Below are positions 26,271 to 41,504 of a stretch of 64,000 nucleotides of DNA, piece by piece. The notes under the pieces are model-generated. The model saw only the letters and a program-made list of their open reading frames with translations. It was not told the origin of the DNA and did no database searches. The stretch lies in assembly GCF_009914755.1 (NCBI RefSeq), contig NC_060929.1. One strand, written 5' to 3'. The DNA is from the human T2T-CHM13v2.0 reference genome, Homo sapiens. A program made the position numbers and the translations under genes. Every line of letters starts with the position of its first letter. Position 1 is the stretch's first letter.

Positions 26271-28017
26271 CACCAGAAAAGTTGGTTACCAAGATTATAT
26301 AATCCTTTTTAGCATGTAGTGGTGTCTAGCCTCTTCCACTTTCTCTCTTAAATACCTGCAAAGCACAAACACTCACAGCACTGAAAACCCGGCCTGAGAG
26401 ACAAGCCAGTTCCTCCATCCTAGAGGAAATAACCACAGGCAGCACAAAGAGCTTGATTTAGATAAATCCAACCAGGCTTCAGTTCACAGCAAACTCAAAC
26501 TCTGCTTTATGAAACAAATTCCTCCTGAAAACAAAAACGAAAGAACAAAAACAAGAAGACATTTTCCATCCCCCAAACATCTGTCCCAAGGCCCTGAACT
26601 AATTAGTATTCTGGCCCAGGATCCCAGGCCACCCTTCCAGGACTGGGAGATGAACAGAGTCGATTTTCCCACCAGCATTCCTGAGCTCTCCTGCCATCAT
26701 CAGCCTATATCCACATGGAAACATGAATCCCGGGAAAGAGCTTGGCAGGAAGTCAGGAAGAGGAGATGCCAGCAGAATGTTGGTGCTTTCTGGCCAAGGA
26801 TATCTCAGGAGTAAAACTTTATAGGTGGAGAGGGAGAAAGAGAGAGACCCTTGATAGCAGTGCAGGCCAACAACTGTAGCTGTGCAAGAACTTTATTGGT
26901 TCTAAATATAAAAAAACAACACAGGGAGGGCAGATGTACATTAGGTGAGAACCTTAGAGACTGAGAATCCCAGCAGGAGCTCTGCACATGAAACAGCACC
27001 TCCCTTTCATCTGTAGGTTCAAGAATGGATTCTTTCACTTTCTAAGTGAGCAGAGAGAAGACTCAAGCACACCACCACCACCACCACCCCCTTCTTCTTC
27101 ACAAGCACGGGACAGGAACAGGTATTTCCATGCTTGGTGAGGAGTGTCAATAAAAGCACAACCTCAAATCTGGAAAGGTCATTGGAGGGACAGCTCTTTG
27201 ATGAATCTTGTGTATTAGAGAGTTGAACTTTACAGTCATTATTTGGCATCTTAAGTAGAATGTGAGAAGGTCTCACTATTTTGAAACACCTGCAGAATGT
27301 ACACAAGGCTAGGACCAACTGAAATGAAGAAACAAGAGCATGATCTAAACAGGAGGTGCCTGGGTATGATTCCAAAGAGATGCAAGATGCTATGGCAAAT
27401 AGAACATTTCTGAAAGGATACATGAGAAATTGATAATAGTGATTGCCTTTGAGACAGGGAAGTGGGGAACCACAGACACAAGCATTAACTGGAAAATCAT
27501 TTGGTGGTATGTTATTTTGTACTTAATTAATTGTATCAGGTTTATTAAATTTTCAATAAAAAGAGAGATACTTGAGACAAAAACAACACTTTCACTTTGG
27601 CTCTTTCTCCGTTAATTTCTAGCCTTATGACCTGGGGAAAGATATTAAAATCACTCCACGTGTCAGTTTCACATGTATAAAATCTAAGACCTGAAAGTCT
27701 AGCAGCCATGCCCAGCCCTGGCAAATGTCACCTAAGGCTGGGGCTTGGAAGTCACCATCAAGAAGGGGAAGGAGCATTCCAGTTGACTCTGTGGTCATGA
27801 CCACTGCTCTTGCTGTCAGTAACACCTGTAATCACACTACATTTTTGTGAGATTGGCTTCGTTCTTTTCCTTTAATACACTAAATTCTTTCCTTCCTTAA
27901 GACTTTCGTATAGGTTAATCCACTAGTTTTTAATGTTTTGTTTCTAATTTTCACATGGCTATATCTTACTCAATTTTCTGATACTGATTATCAGATGTCA
28001 CTGTTCTGATTCCTTGA

Positions 28018-28415
<398 letters not shown>

Positions 28416-29019
28416 TGTAATATTTATTTCTGTAAAATATATGTAACATATGTTATATGTACATATGTCCTTTTCCTTGCTTTTCACATACAAATTTATA
28501 TGGCAGTTTATTGCATATTAATGTATTCAGAGTTAGACAGTATTCTAATGGATAATCTGTGATTTTTAATCAGTCCCCTATTGATGAAATTAAGATAATT
28601 TTCCCATTCTTTTGCTGGTAAAAATTGTGCTACAATAAAAAACAGTAATAGCTTTTTTAAAAGATACTATGACAGAGATAACGTTGCAAGGGTAGACACT
28701 GTTGCTGCTGCAGGAAGTAGACAGCAATGATGAGTAGGTCAAAGCTGACTGCTCTCTCAGAATGAAAGCATCTCTTCCTCTCCACCAAAAAAAAAAAAAA
28801 AAAAAAAATCTTGGCTTGGAAAAACAGAACAAGAACTGTCCAGGACTTATGTTTTTCAAGAATAACTATAAAATGTCATGAAGAATAAAAAAGACTTATA
28901 TAAAAGTATATTTTTCTGGATTAGAAGGATTTAATAATAAAAAGCAAACCAGTCTTCCCCTTTTGATAAGAGTGTAAAATGCTATATTTTGGGAGAGGAG
29001 GCAATTTGGCAGCTTATCA

Positions 29020-29575
29020 TAGCGTTTCTCAACCATTTTTCTTTCCCATTATCATTCCCCTAAAAAGGCTTTTTAGATATTTTTCCTCATGCTCTCACCC
29101 ATGAAATTTTAATCCTACAGATATGCTGAATATCTACTCATATGCTTTATATATAACTATGCTCTTGACATAGAAACAGCAAAATTTTGTCATCCACCTC
29201 CAGACAGGAAGAGAGGGAGGGAGGAAGGGAGGAAGGGAGGGAAAAGGGAAGGGAAGGGAAGGGGAAGAGGAAGGGGAAGGGAGGGAAGGGAAGGGAAGGG
29301 AAAAGGAAAGGAAAGGAAGCAGAAAGGCAGAAAGGGGGGAAAGAGGAAGGGAAAAAGGAGGGGAGGGGAAAGGACAGGAGGGGAGGAGAGGGAAAGGGAG
29401 GAAGGAAGGGAGGGAAAGGGAGGAAGGGAGGGAAAGGAAGGAAGGGAAGGAAAGGAAGGGAGGAAGGAAGGGAGGGAGGGAGGGACAGATGGACGGAGGG
29501 AGGAAGGAAGGAAGGAAAGAAAGAAAGGAAGATATGCTCCTTTGGGTACAGTTTCAACCCAACTGAAAATGCATG
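29020..29575 (+). mobile_element. hAT-Charlie MITE (MER112-like) split by a purine microsatellite
   Basis: tagcgtttctcaacc...ctttttagatatttttcct...ccatgaaattttaat..acagatat on the left and ...tgaaaatgcatg on the right of the GA tract. Confidence 0.6.
29206..29532 (+). repeat. ~325-bp polypurine (GGAA/GGGA/GGGAA)n tract
   Basis: Nearly pure A/G on the + strand with only a handful of C/T interruptions. Confidence 0.97.
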
Positions 29576-30331
29576 CTCACTACTAATTCGAATAGAAGTT
29601 GTCTCCATCTGGGTCCAGTAGGAAGCAGAATTCAAATCAAATGGTTCAAAGTGCCACTTACAGAATGTGGGCAACACTGATAGAACTAAAAAAGATATGA
29701 GGCACCCAGAGACAAGCCACATGGAGTGGTGCTGTCACTCAAGAAGTTTGCCTTGGAGGGCTGGGGGAGGAAAGTGTTGCCCGCCTGCCTCCTGAGAACT
29801 GAAGCTATGGCAAAGGAACTGCCCACCCAGCACAATTAGCAGATGTGTAGGGCACAGGCACTGCCAAAACATGGCACCAGCTTTGGAGTGGAAGTGCCTC
29901 CTTCCCGCTCTCCCACCAGCTTTCCGTCTTCTGCGCCTGACTCCCCTTAGTCAAGCTCACCTGGAGGCCACACCTATAAAACTGACAGTAATTCCTGAAA
30001 TCATCTAATACCCAGTCCATAATCCTATCTCTCCAGTAGTCCCCAAAATGAATCAAGGACCACTCATGCTTCTAGTATTTAGGGTTGTTAGGTCTTTTCT
30101 GATCTGGAACTTTCTTCATAAAACTGACTTGATGGAACAGCAGCCAGATGGTGTTCTGTGCAATGTCTCACCTTCTGAATGTGGCCAACTGCTTCCTCAT
30201 GGTGCCATTTAGCTTGATATTCTATCCTTTGCATTTCCTATAAACTGGAAATGAGGCCTAATGCCTGGACTAATGTTAAGCTTTTCTAACAGGATTACAT
30301 CACAGGGATGGGTAAGGCTGTGGTCCGCCTA

Positions 30332-30628
<297 letters not shown>

Positions 30629-30946
30629 GGCAGGGGGGAAGAGAAAGGAAAAGGGAAAGGAAAGGAGACACAAGGTATCTATCCCACCTGGAGTTATGCA
30701 AACATGGACATCTCCTAAGTAGAGGTGATGAAAACCAGACCCTTGCACTGTAAGATACAGCCCCCAACCCAACAGAAAACTGACTTGTGCAGTGTTCAGC
30801 TTGCCACCAAAGATGCAGGCTTTCACTAATCTCCAGCCTAATGGTTTTTTAACCAATTGATGAAGCTGTTTTAAATAAATTATTTCCTGATATAAAATAG
30901 CAATGTCTAATACTATCATTTCCTTTCTACTTACTAGCTGGTATTC

Positions 30947-31300
30947 TGTATTATCTGTTCTCAGGCTGCTAATAGAGACATACCTGAGACTGCGTAATTT
31001 ATAAAGGAAAGAGGTTTAACAGACTCACAGTTCCACATGGCTGGGGAGGCCTCACAATCACAGCAGAAGAGCATGGGATGTCTTACATGGTGGCAGGGAA
31101 GAGAGAGCTTGTGCAGGGGAACTCCCCTTCATAAAACCATCAGATCTTGTGAAACCTACTCACTATCATGAGAACAGCACAGGAAAGACCTGCCCCCGTG
31201 ATTCAATTATCTCCCACCAGGTCCCTTCCATGACACATGGGAATTGTGGGGGCTACAATTCAAGATGAGATTTGGGTGTGGACACAGTCAAACCACATCA
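30947..31300 (-). mobile_element. THE1C-like solo LTR
   Basis: tgtatt...gctgctaatagagacatacc...ggggaggcctcacaatca...caaaccacatca. TSD tattc/cattc. Confidence 0.92.
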
Positions 31301-31831
31301 CATTCTTCTGTAAGATGGAACTTTCTCTCAACAACTAGACTATTTGGTTACCCTAAAAAACAGCTCCTCCTGGGGAGGCATGATAACTGCTCAATTTTCC
31401 TGCTTCTCAAATTAGAGTACATGGAATTGCTGCCTCAAATAAAGTCAATGAGATTTTTCAGGCTTTTTCTTTTGTGAATATTGTTAAAGACACATGTATT
31501 TCCACACATTCAATCTGTAAAAATAACAAAAATAGCTGTCACGCTCAAATTGTTATAAGTTTAGCCAATGGGAGCACTTTCAAGCTTAATCCTATTTTTT
31601 TTGTATATTAATCTGAGAAACCTTCCTTGCTTTCTGGCACAACAAGCGATTCCAGACTCATTTTATACCTTTCTTGGCCTGAAATAAGTCACTGCTCCAA
31701 GGAGCCATGATTCCTTACAGGGGTAAATGTTATTAAAGGCCAAAATCCAGTGGGTTAGGGTGCCCATTGCTACCAAGCTGATATTGTTTCTAGGCCATTT
31801 CAGTGGTCAGAAAAAGAAACGGTAATTTTTA

Positions 31832-31890
31832 TAATTACATTTAACATTTACATTTAATTACATTTAACATTTACATTACATTTAACATTA
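31832..31890 (+). repeat. AT-rich minisatellite (~23-bp unit, about 2.5 copies)
   Basis: aattacatttaacatttacattt repeated. Confidence 0.85.
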
Positions 31891-32544
31891 TAAGTTATAG
31901 ATTTATAAAATATTTTTAATCTATCATTATAATGTCCTTCACTTTATCCTATAAAATACATAAAATAATTTTTGTATAATGATGCTAATATCATTACTAA
32001 TAAATCCATAATTCACTTGAAGCTTAAAATTTCTATAACTCTTCTTGAGCTGTAACAAATTAAAGGTTTCTATTCAGTTCCATATATTAATGTCACTTAA
32101 AATAAATCTTTTCCATGGTATGATATGAATTTGACATACAATTATGTTTCAATTTGCTTTAAATTTTACTAATACCTACATGATCCCAGGGTTAAAACAA
32201 CGTAAAAAGAAACACACTAAAATGTCTCAACTGGAAACTATTTCATTGGTTTCTTATTTATTCTTGCACTTTTTATTTTTACAAATAGGTACATAAGAAG
32301 AAAGAATACTTTTGCAAAAAGTCAGCCCACTGAAATACATTAATTAGTAAATTTTCCACTTAATACAGGTTAGGGCTAACCTATATCGTTTTAAAGGCTG
32401 TTCAAGATAACTTTTTTATAACTACACATAAAAAAAGAGGTTTGCTTTTTTCAGTGACCATGTACTACTTCTGACCTTAAAACATATTTTTGAAAAAGGA
32501 AAACAAATTTAGGGACACATTTTAGCCCCAGTCTTGTTTGTCCC

Positions 32545-34201
<1,657 letters not shown>

Positions 34202-35127
34202 TAGGTCTCATGTTAATTACTACAACTGAGGCCCAGGAATTACGGCATTTTAAGTATAACATATAATGCTTCCAAAGTACCAAGTATATGGTGTGACATG
34301 AGGCAGGCTGTTAATAAATGTTAGCTATTTATATAATTTAGGTTGTTCATGGGTAACAAAGTAATTTCCAGACTGAATTCATCTTTGAAATCAACTGCTT
34401 TGCATTTGCATAATTCATATCCCTGTTTTTCTATACTGGAAGCTAAAAACTGTGATTTTCTAATTTGCAATGTCATGTAGAGATAAGTGGGAGATAACTT
34501 ATTCTGAATGATACAGTTGAATTCCAGACCATTGTAAACAGCTGTCCATTCTTACTTAAATGCTGTAAATTTTGCTTTTTATCATATATTTATATTCTAA
34601 AGCTGTTTTACATCAGAGAGATGATATGTCAACCTTGAAACATCACTGTCTAGTAACAACAAAACCCCAAAATAAGACAAAACTTTTTATTTTACTTCAG
34701 GTTGGTGGAGAAGAGTTTCATTAGATCTACTGGCTATATGGACTCTGTAGGAACACTGATTGTGAGGCTGAGGATGTAGCCAGTGCTGTGTTATGAATAC
34801 AGAGGAAATGGGCTCCTGCATAGCATGGATGATAATCAACAATTGATAAAGAACCTCAGCTGTGTTGAGAACTTGAAATAAACTGACTTGTGTTGGAAGG
34901 GAAGCCACTGAATGCAAGCCTATCTACTGCTAGGGAGAAAAATTACGGCAAAGTAATCATTGTTTAGCCAGAGGCTAAAATTTCTGCAAAAGCTCTGAGA
35001 TAAAAATTTTGAATAATAAAGGCATTTAAATTTAAAACTCACTAGCACTTCTTCTTAATCATACACAGACCTAATAATTCTCATAAAAACAGAAAAGTTC
35101 AGCTCTTCACCATACCATGGCAGGTGG

Positions 35128-35810
35128 GAGACACAGAAGGGGGAAAAGAATCATAACACAGGGAAGGGACCAGAGACACCCCACGGTCATTCCTCTAAGA
35201 ACATCTCAGGATGCTGAGAAATTATCTTATCTTTGTGACCATAGACAAGGGCATCATTTGACCAATGACCAAAATCATATCTGTTTCTAGATCTCCTCTT
35301 GACCAAATTAATTGTACTGTGATTACTGAAATTAAAATTCATATAGATCTATTTTTCTGCTTTTGATTGCAGTGAAGAACAATAAGCAGCACTAAATTCT
35401 GTCTCCGCTTTCCTGCTGGAAAGGAGGAACCTGGCCTGCTAAACCCCAGCTGAGGGCTTAAGCCATGGGCCCAGGAGTGGCAGGGAACTGTCCCTTCAGC
35501 TCCAGAATAATGAGTCATGGTTGATGCAAATAACCCAGAGAAGCATTCCTCCAGAGATCAAGACAGAGAGGTAAAGTTGAAGGGTAAGCTAAAACCACAG
35601 GCAGTGTACCCCAAGCGAAAAAAAGCTTCAGAAGAAAAAAAAGAGGCTGAGACACAAAAGGGGGGAATGAATCATGGCACAGCAAAGGGACCAGAGATAC
35701 TGCCTAGTCATTCCTCTAAGAATACCTCAGGACCCTGAGATTTGATCTTATCTTTGTGACCTTATCTTTGTGACCATTGACCTTGTCACACATGGTCACA
35801 AGGATAAGAT
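35128..35810 (+). repeat. Dispersed direct repeat (~119 bp, 521-bp offset) with a terminal hairpin
   Basis: 35128-35246 vs 35649-35781 is about 80% identical by eye. Copy 2 has a 14-bp internal duplication followed by an inverted copy at 35792-35810. Confidence 0.9.
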
Positions 35811-35950
35811 AAAGCTGCTCCCACAGCAGGTGGGAGGCCACAAGCATTTTTGCATAGACCACCCACAGCTTTGGCCATGAAGGGAAGTAGCTCTTAAGGG
35901 TACTAGGCCTGCTCCAAGATTTACTGGATAAAAACAGGAGCAAGAGAACA

Positions 35951-36383
35951 GATTGGATGGATGGATGGATGGATGGATGGATGGATGGATGGATAGACAG
36001 ATAGACAGACAGACAGACAGATAACAAAGGGAGAGATGATAGACATAGATAGTTAGATATAGACAGATGACAAAGAAAGATGACAGATATATACAGAAAT
36101 ACAGATAGGTAGGTAGATAGTTGACAGACACAGATGACAGATGATTGACAGATAGGTGGATGATAGGTATATGACAAAGAAAGAGAGATATGATAGACAT
36201 AGAAAGATAGGTAGACAGATAGATGATAGATGACAGACACAAAAATAGATGACAGACACAGAAAAATAGATGACAGACTATGTAGATGACTGACAATAGA
36301 AAGATGGATGACAGAAAAAAGATGATAGACATAAATAGAGAGATGATAGATGGTTGGTAGGTAGGTAGGTAGATAGACACGTG

Positions 36384-36429
<46 letters not shown>

Positions 36430-36440
36430 ACAGAGACAAA
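35951..36440 (+). repeat. Compound microsatellite (GGAT)n-(AGAY)n-(GGTA)n-(GC)n(AC)n
   Basis: Directly visible in the sequence. Confidence 0.97.
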
Positions 36441-36844
36441 ACAGACATACAGGTATAAAGCTTCTGAGTTTCTGCATTGGAAGGGATTTTAAGATGCCTA
36501 CCTGATACCAAAGTAAGAATCATTTCTCTGCTATCCCCAACCAATAACGTACTAACTCTGAGGTCTTCTTCCTTCTTTCTTTATTCTTCTCCAAGAGAAT
36601 ATTTTCATGGTCACAAAGATCATCCAGTTTGACACTTTTTAAGAGGTGAACATAGATATAGAGAAGACAGCAACTTAATCAAGCTGTGGCATTTTTCCTG
36701 AGCCTCTGTTGACTCAGAGGCTTTAGTCTTTCCAGTAAATTCCTATGCATATGAATTTTTAAAAAATCATCTCATGCTTGCATGTTCTTGGAAAAATCTA
36801 AGTCCATTGGGTGATTGTTCAACACCATTAAGATGTCAGCAAAT

Positions 36845-37390
36845 CAGTGGGCAAAGTTTATGAAGAGACATTTACAAAAAGAAGAAGGAAATCTCACTAA
36901 CAAGCATAATATAATTATAACTTCTGGAGAGTATGCTGGTGACAGGGGAAACAGATTGCAGTTGGGACTGTAACTTGGTGGAACTCGTCTCAAGGCAATT
37001 TGAGAACGTTATCAACAACAGCAAATACGTTTATTTCCATTGACCCGGGAAGCTCAGCAGTAGTATTATATCATGAGGAAATACTGATAATATAGAGCAA
37101 AGTATTATGCACATTTTCCACAGGGCTATGACTAGAAGCAAAAAAAATATATAGTTATATAAACTATGGCATAGTGTCACGAAACAATAAAATTTTATAG
37201 CATTTAGAAGTGTTTGTTTTATTCTAAATTTAAAATAACAGAATACAGAAATATATATATGCAATATAATGTAGACATTTTTAACTAGAGAAAACTGCTA
37301 AAAGAAAATTCAGTGAAAGATTAAACGTGAGTATGGGGGATGCAATTACGTTTTTGTTTCTCTGTGTGCAAACTTTTGGCAATTTTGTTT
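36845..37390 (+). mobile_element. Very old L1M ORF2/3' fragment
   Basis: gggcaaagtttatgaagagacatttacaaaaagaagaa...caagcat, gttgggactgtaacttggt, tttccattgacccgg. Confidence 0.55.
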
Positions 37391-38577
37391 TCTTTAACGA
37401 GCATGTTTCTGTTTTTTTTTCAAATCGTAACATATTAGTTTTAAAGAAAAACTAGGCTTATTATACTCATTTTTTTAGATTTCTGTTTCATCAAGGGGTT
37501 ACTGTAATATCAACTCCTTGTCTTTTCTCCTCCAAGGCAAAATAATTCTTGCTTATTAAACCTTTCTTCACAAGTCTTACCTCCCAGCTCCTTAATTATA
37601 TTTGCGATTTTTATCTGAAAAGGTCGTTAGGTCTTTCTTTAAAAATTTTCCAAACAAAATTCTGACATACTAGAGAGCCCACTGAATCACTTATTTGTTA
37701 GGAAATTCTTAGAGATATTTCAGTTTAACTCTGACAATTTCGCAATGGAAAAGAAAAAGGAGGCCGAGAGGAATGACGTGCGCTTCACAGTTTTAGAAAA
37801 AGCCAACTAGCACCAGGGCCAGCCTTCTTAGTTTACTCTCTTTCATCTACATAACCTGTTATCAAGTCCAGCTCATCTCCGGCTTAGGTTCTTTGTGTCT
37901 TTGATCTGCTGACCATGCTGGGTCTTATAGTTCAGTAACATGTTAAACATAAGGATCAATGAAAATATGCATACATTGACATCTTGGCATTTCACCAGTT
38001 TTCAGTGAAACAAACGAGCAACACTTTTCCTTCTTTTGTTCCAGATGTCCGCATGCCCTCCTTATTCACATACAAGTAAGGTGCAGAAATGAGGTTAAGC
38101 AGAGTCCAACAAGTCACTCATCAAAACATGCTGGTGATTGTCCTGAAATATGATCTCAGACTCATGGCTGAACATAGGTGTGCATTCATGTTTCAAGGTT
38201 TTACTAAAAAGGTGAAACGTAAGGCAAAACTATGAGAAGGGAGAAGGTGGACCTTTCCGCCATCTTCTGCTCCCAGCCAGGGTTCTCCTGTAGCTGGAAA
38301 GCAGTGCTTCTCTCAGCCCCTGTCGATAGGAATCCCTGCTTCTCAAGTGTTCCTCTAAGCAGAGGAGAAAATTAACTGTTGGGATTCAAAGGTGTCCCTT
38401 CTAGGACACATTGCCTCCATGTAAATCAAAAGCAAAATGAGCCAACTATGTGGCAGCTCATTCCACACAAGTGGGCAAACTTTGGTGTAAGATTAATGAA
38501 AAGAAATGAAAAAGACGTAGCAAGCCAAAATACCCATAATACAATTGAAGCACTTTGCAAATATTCCTCTATGTTTT

Positions 38578-39183
38578 TGTAAACCGAAAGTTGTCTGAGA
38601 CAGGTCTCAATCAATTTAGGAAGTTTATTTTGCCAAGTTTAAGGATGTACTCGTGACAGTGACACAGCCTCAGGAGGTCCTGATGACATGTGTCTGAGGT
38701 GGTCAGGGTACAGCTTGCTTTTATACATTTTAGGGAGACATCAGACATCAATCAATATGTAGAAGATGTACATCGTTTTAATCAGGTAAGGCGGGACGAC
38801 AAGAGGCAGAGGCTTTCAGGACATAGGTAGATAAGAGACAAAAGATTGCATTCTTCTGAGTCCTCTATCAGCCTTGCACTGAATACACAGTTTAGTCTGG
38901 CTCAGTGAATCTGCATTTATCACATAAACAGCAGGGCAGAGAAAGCAGCCAGGTATGCATTTGTCTCAGGCGAGCCTCAGAGAGATGACTTTGAGTTCTG
39001 TCTGTCCTTTGTCCGTAAGGAATTTTCTTGTAGGCAAATTGTGAGGAAGGTATGCAGCTTTTTATCTTTGTAGCTATCTTATTTAGGAATACAATCTGAG
39101 GCAGGTTTCTGACACAGTTCCCAGCTTGATTTTTTCCCTTGGCTTAGTGATTTTGGGGTCCCAAGATGTATTTTCCTTTCACA
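38578..39183 (-). mobile_element. MER4A1-like ERV1 solo LTR
   Basis: ctgagacaggtctcaatcaatttag..cagcctcaggaggtcctgatgacatgtg...cttagtgattttggggtcccaagatgtattttcctttcaca. TG...CA ends, TSD tttt/tttt. Confidence 0.9.
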
Positions 39184-39528
39184 TTTTATAACTGTAACTT
39201 TTCAACGCTGTTGCTAAAAGTATCCTTTATTATGGAATATTTTCTTTGTGAGCTGTGAAAAGACAAAGTTAAGGCAAAATGACAAAGAAGGGTTACAAAT
39301 GAAAAGATGCCCTGATGCTGATGGATAAATGCAAGCTGGAAGACAGCTGGGTGACAACTTATGTCAGGTAAAAAGGGACACATTGATGGTATCAAAAAAC
39401 AAAAGAAGATTAAGAACAAATATCCATAAAAGAAGAAAAATACTTGTGTGGTACAAAGGAAAAATCACCCCATCAGATTAGGCAAATCTGATTAAGAGTG
39501 AAACATATGAATATAATAAAAATATAAA

Positions 39529-39602
39529 TACAGTTGTATCACATGAAACTGCTGTTTTGGTAGGTCAAGAATAGTTGAATATTGGTAATGGTTTAGCCCA
39601 AA
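39529..39602. mobile_element. MADE2-like mariner MITE, degenerate
   Basis: catgaaactgctgttttggtaggtcaagaatagttgaatattggtaat matches the recalled ~80-bp MADE2 core. Confidence 0.6.
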
Positions 39603-39974
39603 GAATTCACTTAGAGGAGGCATAGACTTCCTGTTGCATGTGAGAATTGAGTTCCTGCAAACCAGTCCTTTTATTATTGCTCTAAACTTTCCAACTTTTA
39701 AAAAAGACCCTGAGGCATCAGTGTTGGCTTCTCAGAGCCCCAGGTGAGTAAAGCAGAACAGCTGACATTGTAAGCAGGCGATTCCTGTCTGGTAGGGCCA
39801 CTAGCTGGTGACTCCTTTGTTCAGTACGGAGATGGATTCAGCTCCCCAGCTGCTCCCTTAATCTTCACCACATCCCCCTTCCAGGCCCTACCTGGAAGAG
39901 CGTAAGGTCCCTGGCTGTAGGGAAAGGGCAGGAAGCAGAGCAGAACTGTTTCTGCGTCAAGCGCTCAGGAGCTA

Positions 39975-40205
39975 GGAGCTGGGAGCTGGGCGCACTGACT
40001 TGGGATCCCAACTGCCTGGGTCTAAGCCCCAGCTGTGCTTCTCCCCAGAGTTTCCTCAACATCCTGTTTCCTCGTTTAGAAATCTAAGCCACAGAATCCC
40101 ATCTTAGTGGGTCAAGTGACCCCCAATTGAGTTAGCACATGCAAGGTGCTTAAAATAAACAGTACCTGGCACAAAAAGAAACTCAATAAATGTTCACAAT
40201 TGTGA
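39975..40205 (+). mobile_element. MIR
   Basis: actgcctgggtctaagccccagct...catgcaaggtgctt..aacagtacctggcac..ctcaataaatgtt. Confidence 0.75.
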
Positions 40206-41504
40206 TTTTAATCTTTTGTGTGGATGAGTGCAGTTGCAGAAAGGAAAAGCTGGGTACACATAAAAACAGTTTTAAAAAATGCCCAGAGTACAGAGTTATT
40301 TACGCTAATGTGTTCACACCTATGGAGAAAAGTTTGTAGAATGAAAAAAAAATATTTTAAAGATCAAATAGAGCAAAGCAACCACAGCAAATACTTGTAT
40401 TTCTCTAGTTTCATCTTCAGACGTTCCCCAGGGACACAGGCAATAGCTCCCTCCCCTGCATTAGAAAGATGACTGTCAAAATTAATCTGCAGTATTAGGG
40501 GTAGTGCTGACAGTTTCATCTCTGTAAATGTTATTACTGCATTAAAAAAAAAAAAAGAAACCCACAAACCTCTGCCCATCTTTCTAGTCCAGGCACTTGG
40601 AGAGTTCTTACGGGGAGAAGCACTTCTCCCCATCTATAGAAATTCAATTTGCTGCACAAGTTAAGATGCAGTAAACTTCTCTCTCCCTTGCTTTACTGCT
40701 GCTTTCACAATCATAAAACGAGCCTAATGTTTAAATGTTAGAAAGCATTTAATATTTAATCGTTGGAGATTAAGTCTCTTTCATGACGCCTGAGCTGCCC
40801 AGCAACAGGTTAGAAATTGATTGTCTGCCGACCCCCAGGGGCACGGCAGCAGCTCAGCTTTCAACATCTGCCCCCAGCTTTCTAAGGCTCAGAAACGCCA
40901 AAGGAAATGAAAAGTTTCCTCTTCCAAAGCAGTTGCCAGTTCCTAGGGGCCAGCACATGGCAGCATCTGGAAAGGCCAAGGGGAGATGGATGTGTGCACA
41001 TGAAAATGGGTGATGTTCTGGGACCCAAATATCTGGCAACAGGAGAACAGCAGAGCCAGGGCCTCAGAGAAGCTCTCTCCACTGTGGCCAGGGGGAGCCC
41101 TTGTGTCCCCACATTCATGTGACGCTACACTAGAAACACCTTTTTTCTGCCCACTGGACATACATTCAGTGTCAGGTGACCTAGACCCATTCACAGATAT
41201 CTGCTGGCACTTCACACCATCCACATTTTTTTTCTTTTGTGCCTGTCAATAAGAACAGAGAACACAGGCAAAAGAAAGAAAGGAATAATTGCTTGCTGTC
41301 ACCTATTCAGCCTCTAATAGAGCCAATTCTGAAAGAAAAGAATTCAGTGCTACTTCCCAGCAGGATGCTGACACCATGAATGACATCATACAGCCAGACC
41401 TCAGGCAACCAGGGAGCCCGCATGAAAGACGAGTGATGCCAAGGAAGAACACCCATGGTGCCACCTGACAGTCATGTCCTGCAAAGTGGCAGGGGGAGAG
41501 GAAG

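Noticed and set aside
29147-29722. 191-aa and 144-aa ORFs (Pro/Phe-rich, Gly/Arg/Lys-rich)
   Set aside because: They are translations of the polypurine microsatellite, which lacks stops because of its composition.
35716-36477. 253-aa and 208-aa ORFs, the longest in the window
   Set aside because: They are low-complexity read-throughs of the GATA/GGAT/CA microsatellite.
34684-39750. Isolated splice signals (acceptor ttttattttacttcag at 34700, donor cag|gtgagt at 39743)
   Set aside because: Neither has a convincing partner site, and single strong sites are common by chance.
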